Origin: Candidatus Caldarchaeum sp.
Lineage (GTDB): Archaea; Thermoproteota; Nitrososphaeria_A; Caldarchaeales; Caldarchaeaceae
Assembly (NCBI GenBank): GCA_038831915.1
Contig: JAWBKB010000004.1
Location: 32,001-96,000, forward strand
Direction of reading: 5' to 3'
Length of the DNA stretch: 64,000 nucleotides
Position 1 is the stretch's first letter; each line of letters begins with the position of its first letter. Both the position numbers and the translations under genes were made by a program. The notes under the pieces are model-generated. The model was not told the DNA's origin. It did not search any database and saw only the letters and a program-made list of their open reading frames with translations. Below are positions 57,758-64,000 of the stretch, piece after piece.

Positions 57758-58951
57758 TTAGCGTTTCTGCTGCGGTATTATCGTTGTTTTGAACGCTAAG
57801 AAGCGTTCTCGAATTCCGGTGTCGATGCTTGCACCGTAAAGGATAAGGGTTGTACTGAAGAGAAGCGGTAGTAGGTATGCGAATGTCGGGTTAATGGAGT
57901 AGAGGCTGAACGACGGGAGTATCTGCGGCAAGGCAGCGAGCCAGAAGTCGTAGTGAAGAGCCAGCGCTGGCATTCCGAGGAAAATCGTCGACAAAAGCAC
58001 GACGATGGAATAGATGCTTCCGCTTCCCGCTCTCCATTCCGTGCTGAAGATGCATGACCCTGCCAACGATATTCCGATGCCGAAGATGATTCCCCCTACG
58101 GCTATCTGCAGTTGGCTGATGTTCGGCACAACTCCCGCGAAGTTATAGGGTACGCCGAGCTGCTGAAGGATGTATACACCGGTGGAGAATGTCAGTAGAA
58201 GCAACCCGATTGCTTGAACCATTACTCCGCTTGCGAGCTGACGGTTCACCAAGTCACGGTAGCATGTTCCAAAGCATATTGCCGAAAAGGTTCCGAGAAT
58301 TCCAAACGCGATCCCAGCGACCCAGAACAAAGCGACAAGTGGCGGAACGTTGGGTACCAAAGCTACCGAAGCAATCAGCAACGCGGCTCCTGCTATTTTC
58401 TGAATTTTTGTCGGCGGCAAATAGCTGAACTTCAAAGCTTTCGCCCTAAACATGAAAAACCGCTGAGTTAATTTGAGGCCAACGGCGACTCCTGCTATAA
58501 GTGCAGCCGTGAAAGTTACCGCGTTGATGCCGGCCGCTGTCCATCCCGAAAGAAAATGTCCGATATTGCATCCGAGCGCGAGACGTGCACCGTATCCAAG
58601 CAGGAAACCTCCGACTATGGCCTGAACTAACATCCATTTGTTAGGTAGATGACGTAGTAGAAACCGGCCTGTGAGAAGCGCTGGAATAGAGCCGCCTACT
58701 AGTATTGCGACTACGATGGTCTGTGTCGGGTCTTGGAAAACTGGAAGCAGTTTAAACTGTTGGTAGTAGCTGAGGGATGTGACAGGTAGGCCGAGAAGGT
58801 TGTAGAGGTGTCCGCCGATTTTAGATTCGCCACCAGTGATTCCCCAAAGAGTTGCTCTGCCGGTCAACGCGTACACTCCGTAGGATAGAGCTACTGAAAC
58901 GAGGCCGATAAGAACAGCCGAGATGTACACCCTCTTTGACAAGCTGACCAC
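57758..58951 (-). CDS. YeeE/YedE sulfur-compound (thiosulfate) transporter
   Basis: GGFLLGYGARLALGCNIG, CFGTCYRD, GGIIFGIG..LAGSC. Confidence 0.85.
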   Translation of the reverse strand: MVSLSKRVYISAVLIGLVSVALSYGVYALTGRATLWGITGGESKIGGHLYNLLGLPVTSLSYYQQFKLLPVFQDPTQTIVVAILVGGSIPALLTGRFLLRHLPNKWMLVQAIVGGFLLGYGARLALGCNIGHFLSGWTAAGINAVTFTAALIAGVAVGLKLTQRFFMFRAKALKFSYLPPTKIQKIAGAALLIASVALVPNVPPLVALFWVAGIAFGILGTFSAICFGTCYRDLVNRQLASGVMVQAIGLLLLTFSTGVYILQQLGVPYNFAGVVPNISQLQIAVGGIIFGIGISLAGSCIFSTEWRAGSGSIYSIVVLLSTIFLGMPALALHYDFWLAALPQILPSFSLYSINPTFAYLLPLLFSTTLILYGASIDTGIRERFLAFKTTIIPQQKR

Positions 58952-59063
58952 CTGCTGTAGCTTTTGGTAAGAATAGGTCTAATATAAGGTTGTGATTAGT
59001 TCAGACTAATAATTCACTAATAAACAGGTCAAAGCTAAATACTGCCAATTCACCGAACTGCCC

Positions 59064-59336
59064 ATGAGCGAAGAAATCAAGCAAATGATGACAAAAGTTG
59101 GCGACAAAACCTACGTTCTCGATGTTCGCGGCTATTCATGCCCGTATCCGCAACTTTTCCTCGCTCAAGCTCTGAAAGCGGTTGAGAAAGACGATATCAT
59201 AGAAATCTTGACTGACAACCCACCGTCGACCGAAACCCTTCCCAAATCCATTAAGAACAACAAACAAGAGTATGTGAAAACTGAAAACATTCAACCGGGT
59301 GTCTGGAAAATCGTTGCAAGAAAAATCAACGCATGA
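59064..59336 (+). CDS. TusA/YeeD-family sulfur carrier
   Basis: LDVRGYSCPYP, ILTDNPPS. Confidence 0.9.
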   Translation: MSEEIKQMMTKVGDKTYVLDVRGYSCPYPQLFLAQALKAVEKDDIIEILTDNPPSTETLPKSIKNNKQEYVKTENIQPGVWKIVARKINA

Positions 59337-60389
59337 CTACAGCGATAAGGACGATTTTATGAAGGAAATATCTTTGATTCCTTCTTCGATGTATTTCGCG
59401 ATAGTGGCCAAGTTTCTCACTTCGTTTTCTTTGAGAACAAGATAGCTGACGACCAAAGCCTGTCTGAACGGTGTTTTGTAGAAGCTTTCGTACGCCCATC
59501 GAAGCTTCATTTTTTTCGCATTTTCTTCAAGCATTGATAACATGGCTGAAAGGTTCTGTTCACTCCTGACCTTCGCGAACAATTCGTTTTCAGGAAGCTT
59601 CTCCAACCCTTTCTTCACGTCTTCAATTTCTGCTAGGCTCGTTAGGAATTCCGGGTCAAGTGTAACAGTTTCAGCTGGCAGCAGGTTTCTCACCTGAGAG
59701 GATGTCAACTTCCAAAAACGAGCCCGCAAAGCAGTGGCCAAGGCCTTTACATCAAGTTCATAAATCATGAAAGGCGTCAAAAACTTCCTTTCACTTCTGC
59801 CAACCTTCTTAAAAGCCTTGTAAAGACCTTCGAGATAGGCTTTGTCGATTATCGCGTCGGAGGCGGAAAAATCTTTCCGCTCGCTCCAAACTTTTACGGC
59901 GGTTCTGATAGTTTCGGCGAGCTCGGTTTCCAGATATTCAGTGAGAAATTCGGAAGGGTCTTTCGCGTTTAACGCTTTCAGTGTTATATCCCGAATGCCC
60001 AGCAATTCTTCAGGATAGAGATCAACGTTTTTGATGATTTCGTCAGGACTTTTGCCTAAAGCTTTCGATTTCAAAACCGTTTTCACATTGAAGTAAACGT
60101 ATCGCATGAAAAGTTGTTCGAGGAATTTTGGCTTCACAGATGTTTGGATGAGTCGGTAATGATGGTCAACGAGGCTTTTCCAAAGTGCTTTCTCGATTTC
60201 AGCTGCCGTAAAAGGTTTTAACAGCTGTGCAAGAAAAGGCCCATAGAGACTTGGTCGTAAGATGTCGACGAGGTCACTGAGGTTTTTTGCGTATGCAAGT
60301 TCTTCCAAAGCGGTGGCCGACAGTAGATAAGACTTGAGACCGTATGTTTTGGTTACCGCGTAGACGGGGTCTCCTCGAAGGGTCACCAT
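59337..60389 (-). CDS. atpC: A/V-type ATP synthase subunit C
   Basis: Y......LKS.LL, NVKTVLKSK, D.IIDKAY, YLVLKENEVRNL. Confidence 0.85.
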   Translation of the reverse strand: MVTLRGDPVYAVTKTYGLKSYLLSATALEELAYAKNLSDLVDILRPSLYGPFLAQLLKPFTAAEIEKALWKSLVDHHYRLIQTSVKPKFLEQLFMRYVYFNVKTVLKSKALGKSPDEIIKNVDLYPEELLGIRDITLKALNAKDPSEFLTEYLETELAETIRTAVKVWSERKDFSASDAIIDKAYLEGLYKAFKKVGRSERKFLTPFMIYELDVKALATALRARFWKLTSSQVRNLLPAETVTLDPEFLTSLAEIEDVKKGLEKLPENELFAKVRSEQNLSAMLSMLEENAKKMKLRWAYESFYKTPFRQALVVSYLVLKENEVRNLATIAKYIEEGIKDISFIKSSLSL

Positions 60390-60409
60390 TTCATCCAGCC
60401 TCCAGTGGG

Positions 60410-60736
60410 TCAGCGAAGGCCGAGAAGAGCTTTTCTCACAAATTCCTCGGCCTGAACACGGATTTCGGCAGCTCTTTTGCGGACCTTATTCACTTCAAAA
60501 ACACCTTCAGCAAGCCGTTTCTTCATCTGCTCCTCAGCCTTCGCAACCTCCTCCGCGTATGTCCTATTCTCCCATGCCCTCGCTTCCTCCAGGATTAGCT
60601 GCCGCTTCCTCTCAGCCTCGCGGGCGGCGAATTCGACTATTGATTTCTTAATCATGGCGGCCGTTTCATTTATTTCGTCAACTTTCAGCTCTGCTTCACG
60701 TAGCTTTTCGAAAACTTTTTCGATTTCCTCGGCCAC
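60410..60736 (-). CDS. A/V-type ATP synthase subunit H/G (peripheral stalk)
   Basis: Charged helical 108 aa (LREAE..A..A..I..A) directly upstream of subunit C. Confidence 0.65.
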   Translation of the reverse strand: MAEEIEKVFEKLREAELKVDEINETAAMIKKSIVEFAAREAERKRQLILEEARAWENRTYAEEVAKAEEQMKKRLAEGVFEVNKVRKRAAEIRVQAEEFVRKALLGLR

Positions 60737-60796
60737 ATTTCAGCGAATTACACCTATGTAATAACTTTATTTGCTGGAGACAGGTGATTAAACTCG

Positions 60797-61081
60797 ATGC
60801 AGAATTTATCCGAAAAAGTTCGTCAATCACTCGCCAGACTGAAAGATCCTGTTTCAAACGCGCCTATCCTTTTTCTCGAGGCAGATATCGAAGTGAAGGA
60901 AGTGGCGCAGGGAGAAATTCTTGTACTTTTCTACGCAAAAGACCCCTATTCTCCAAACGTTATGACTTACGCGGACGCCGTGAAAAAGATTGCATCAAAA
61001 GTCGAAGGTGTTAAGAGAGTAGTGGTCGATGTCCGAAATCACGTGATGTCAGACTTGTTCAACATCAGAGTTAACGATTAG
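60797..61081 (+). CDS. DUF59/SufT (MIP18)-like Fe-S assembly protein
   Basis: V..L..LKDPVS..I, PYSP, VEGVKRV.V pattern. Confidence 0.6.
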   Translation: MQNLSEKVRQSLARLKDPVSNAPILFLEADIEVKEVAQGEILVLFYAKDPYSPNVMTYADAVKKIASKVEGVKRVVVDVRNHVMSDLFNIRVND

Positions 61082-61131
61082 CGGTAACTTTTTTATCCTT
61101 TTAACTGAGCGAAATCAGCGGTATCGTTGGA

Positions 61132-62319
61132 ATGAGTAGCAGTTTTTTTGGCGAAAGAACCATTTTGATGATTCCAGGCCCGACCGAGCTTCATCCCGCT
61201 GTTCAGAAGGTTCTCAACACGCCGATCATGGCGCACTACGGCTCTGAATGGGCGCCTATCTACAACGAAACACTGAAACTCGCGGCCGCGATTTTCAAAA
61301 CCAAGCAGGAAGTTTTCATGATGCCCACCCCGGGAACCGTAGCGCTCGAGACTGGGATAAACAGCTTGGTTGAACCGGGTGAAAAAGTTGTTGCTGTTGT
61401 AAACGGTTTTTTCAGCGAAAGGATGGCGGACATAGCTTGTCATTTAGGTGCTGAAACGGTGAAGGTTGAAGCCGAGCCGGGAAGCTTAGTGGACCCAGCC
61501 GTCTTGGATAGTGTTTTGAGCAAAAACCATGGAGTCAAAGCGGTTCTCGCGGTCCAAAACGAAACATCGACAGGGGTTCTAAACCCAATTCCCGAATACG
61601 CGAAAATAGCTCGTGAACACGATGTTTTGTTTATCGTTGACGCCATTTCCTCCTATGGCGGTGTCGAAATGCGATTTGATGAATGGGGAATCGATTTCTG
61701 CGTTGGATATGCCAACAAATGTTTGGGCAGCATTCCGGGCACCGTGCCAGTCGCCGTCAGCGATAGGGCCTGGGAAGTTTTTCGGAGAAGAAGGCAGCCG
61801 CCGCGTTCTTTCTTCACGAACCTCGGTGTTTGGCGCCATTACATCGACGAATGGGGGCCGGTTGGCCACCCGTATCCAACCACCATCAGTCCTCACGCGG
61901 TTCTCTGCTTTAAAGCGGCCGCGGAAGCAGCCCTTGAAGAGGGGTTGGAAAACCGATACAATAGACATTTGAAAATGGGAGCGGCTTTCAGGAAAGCCAT
62001 CAGAGCCATGGGTTTAGAGATCCTGCCCAACGAAAAAGATGCTTCGCCTGTGGTGACCGCAGTCAGTTTGCCGTCCACACTTTGGAAAGACGGTGGAAAA
62101 GTCAACCAAATCATGCTACAGAAACACCGCATAATGATTGGCGGCGGACTGGTTAAACTTCACGGCCGAATAATACGAATAGGCCACATGTGCGTCACTG
62201 CGAGCACACGATACATCGTCCCTACTTTGGCAGCACTAAGAGATACTTTCAACATCCTGGGGCTGACGCTCAACGACGGAATCGAAACCTTCATGAAAAA
62301 CGTTTCTGAAACGCATTAA
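61132..62319 (+). CDS. Class V PLP aminotransferase (alanine-glyoxylate/serine-pyruvate type)
   Basis: LMIPGP, NETSTG, VDAISSYGG, ANKCL, IRIGHM. Confidence 0.92.
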   Translation: MSSSFFGERTILMIPGPTELHPAVQKVLNTPIMAHYGSEWAPIYNETLKLAAAIFKTKQEVFMMPTPGTVALETGINSLVEPGEKVVAVVNGFFSERMADIACHLGAETVKVEAEPGSLVDPAVLDSVLSKNHGVKAVLAVQNETSTGVLNPIPEYAKIAREHDVLFIVDAISSYGGVEMRFDEWGIDFCVGYANKCLGSIPGTVPVAVSDRAWEVFRRRRQPPRSFFTNLGVWRHYIDEWGPVGHPYPTTISPHAVLCFKAAAEAALEEGLENRYNRHLKMGAAFRKAIRAMGLEILPNEKDASPVVTAVSLPSTLWKDGGKVNQIMLQKHRIMIGGGLVKLHGRIIRIGHMCVTASTRYIVPTLAALRDTFNILGLTLNDGIETFMKNVSETH

Positions 62320-62351
62320 GCTTTTTATCATGCAGAACTGAGCTAAAAGCC

Positions 62352-62999
62352 GTGCCGATACTCACTGAAAGGGATAAACGGGCTGTTCGCAGCAGGCTTC
62401 AAGGAAACCTCGAAAACCCCGTGAGGATGAAAGTCTTTACACAGGAATTCGAATGCCAATACTGCAGCGACCTACGTACCCTAGTCGAGGAATTATCGGA
62501 GCTCGGCGATGGTAAACTCGAACACGAAATCTACGACTTCGAGAAAAACGCAGACCTTGCGGCGCGATGGAAGGTCGACAAGATTCCGGCGCTGTTAATA
62601 CATGGTTTAAAGGAGTACAAGGTACGATACTTCGGGCTACCAGCCGGATATGAATTCGCGGCGTTACTTGACGACTTGATAGACGTGAGCAGGGGAGTTT
62701 CGAGGCTTTCCCCATCGGTTAAACAGAAAGTCAAAGAAATCGACAGACCGGTTCACATACAGGTCTTTGTAACACCGACATGCCCCTACTGCCCGAGAGC
62801 AGTCCGCACAGCACATCAAATGGCTATCGAAAACGAATTGATAACCGCGGACATGATTGAAGCCATCGAATTTCCTCATCTCGCTAACAAATACAACGTG
62901 ATGGCCGTGCCAAAAATTGTAATCAACGACAAAATTTCATTTGAAGGCGCTTTGCCCGACGCCCATTTCGTCGAACATGTTTTGATGGCTCTCGAGTAG
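62352..62999 (+). CDS. Protein disulfide oxidoreductase (archaeal PDO, two thioredoxin folds)
   Basis: CQYC and TPTCPYCP, GLPAGYEF, VMAVPK. Confidence 0.93.
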   Translation: MPILTERDKRAVRSRLQGNLENPVRMKVFTQEFECQYCSDLRTLVEELSELGDGKLEHEIYDFEKNADLAARWKVDKIPALLIHGLKEYKVRYFGLPAGYEFAALLDDLIDVSRGVSRLSPSVKQKVKEIDRPVHIQVFVTPTCPYCPRAVRTAHQMAIENELITADMIEAIEFPHLANKYNVMAVPKIVINDKISFEGALPDAHFVEHVLMALE

Positions 63000-63019
63000 A
63001 AAAATGAGGTGAAAAAGTT

Positions 63020-63925
63020 TTGAAAGCTGTTTGGATGGACGGCGAACTTGTGCCATGGGAACAGGCCAAAGTCCACGTTTCAGTAAACGCTCTTCACTAC
63101 GGCACCGCCGTTTTCGAAGGAATCCGAGGATATTTCCATGAAAACGAAATATACGTTTTCAGGCTTCGTGAGCACATCAAAAGACTTGTGGAATCGGCGA
63201 AAATAGTGATGCTCAAAAACCCCTACTCAGTAGACCAGCTCGTCGGAGCAGTGGTGCACACCATATTTCACAACGGCTACAGGTCCAACGTTTACATCAG
63301 ACCTATTATCTACGCTGGCGAAAACATAATGTCGCTCAACGCGCTCAACCTCCCTGTAAGAGCGGCGATACTCGTCTTTCCTCTGGACAAATTCTTCTCC
63401 AAACAAGGGTTGAGAGTTTGCGTCTCCTCTTGGCGCAGATTACCGGATTCATCTATGCCGCCACGGGCTAAAGCATCAGCAAACTACCTAAACTCAATTC
63501 TCGCATCGACAGAAGCACACATGATGGGTTATGATGAAGCCATTTTACTAGACCAATCTGGATACGTGAGCGAAGGAGCTGGCGAAAACATCTTTATCGT
63601 AAAAAACGAGGTACTATCCACTCCGCCCATAAGCTCGTCGATACTAGAGGGAATCACGCGTGATTCGGTGATAAAGCTGGCTTCCGACATGGGCTTCCGA
63701 GTGTTGGAAAGACCGATAACTCGCACCGAGCTCTACACCGCCGATGAGCTCTTCTTCACGGGAACGGCTGCTGAAGTTACACCCATCATCGAAGTAGATG
63801 GGCGAACAATTGGAAACGGTGCAGTGGGACCAGTAACGAAGCAACTCATGGAAAAATATCAGAGGGTTGTGCGTGGGCTTGAGCCAGCGTATCGTTCATG
63901 GCTGACATCGGTGTATGGTCGCTGA
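63020..63925 (+). CDS. ilvE: Branched-chain amino acid aminotransferase
   Basis: LHYGTAVFEGIR, AKASANY, EGAGENIF, ILEGITR, FFTGTAAEV. Confidence 0.96.
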   Translation: MKAVWMDGELVPWEQAKVHVSVNALHYGTAVFEGIRGYFHENEIYVFRLREHIKRLVESAKIVMLKNPYSVDQLVGAVVHTIFHNGYRSNVYIRPIIYAGENIMSLNALNLPVRAAILVFPLDKFFSKQGLRVCVSSWRRLPDSSMPPRAKASANYLNSILASTEAHMMGYDEAILLDQSGYVSEGAGENIFIVKNEVLSTPPISSSILEGITRDSVIKLASDMGFRVLERPITRTELYTADELFFTGTAAEVTPIIEVDGRTIGNGAVGPVTKQLMEKYQRVVRGLEPAYRSWLTSVYGR

Positions 63926-64000
63926 TCGGTGAATGGATTTGCGTTGTTTCCTTTGCGGTGAAAGCGTTCCATATGCTTTGCTTCGTCTCGACATGCCAAG

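Noticed and set aside
57758-59336. Divergent YeeE-TusA pair as a new system
   Set aside because: Known YeeE/YeeD thiosulfate uptake pairing
63926-64000. Possible 3' end of a minus-strand gene at the window edge
   Set aside because: Too little sequence to assign a frame or product

Overview
Gene-dense archaeal chromosomal window. The unsplit rpoB, fused rpoA'/A'' (single Rpo1), archaeal PEP carboxylase and scattered operon fragments suggest a thermophilic Thaumarchaeota/Aigarchaeota (Caldarchaeum-like) genome; this is inferred from gene content only. Housekeeping content: rpoH-rpoB-rpoA-rpl30e-nusA-rps7 (no rps12), a B12 acyl-CoA mutase trio with isobutyryl-CoA-mutase-type residues, sufC, three separated NuoL/M/N-like genes, an oligopeptide ABC transporter, tRNA-Asp, leuB-like/thrB, top6A, class II ribonucleotide reductase, tyrS, an E2 acyltransferase, an RFAP synthase cluster, YeeE/TusA, ATP synthase subunits C and H, and ilvE. 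The most unusual part is an approximately 3.1 kb accessory island (about 14448-17540). It starts at an orphan, promoter-bearing 5' tRNA half and holds ORFan and pseudogene fragments. It ends in a very compact IS110/IS1111-like RuvC(DEDD) protein that lacks the serine-bearing loop, is flanked by inverted repeats and is followed by a structured, box C/D-like non-coding region, a candidate RNA-guided system. A second candidate is an unannotated 45-49 aa signal-peptide-like ORF between a degenerate KaiC-V4R gene and an Lrp-type regulator.
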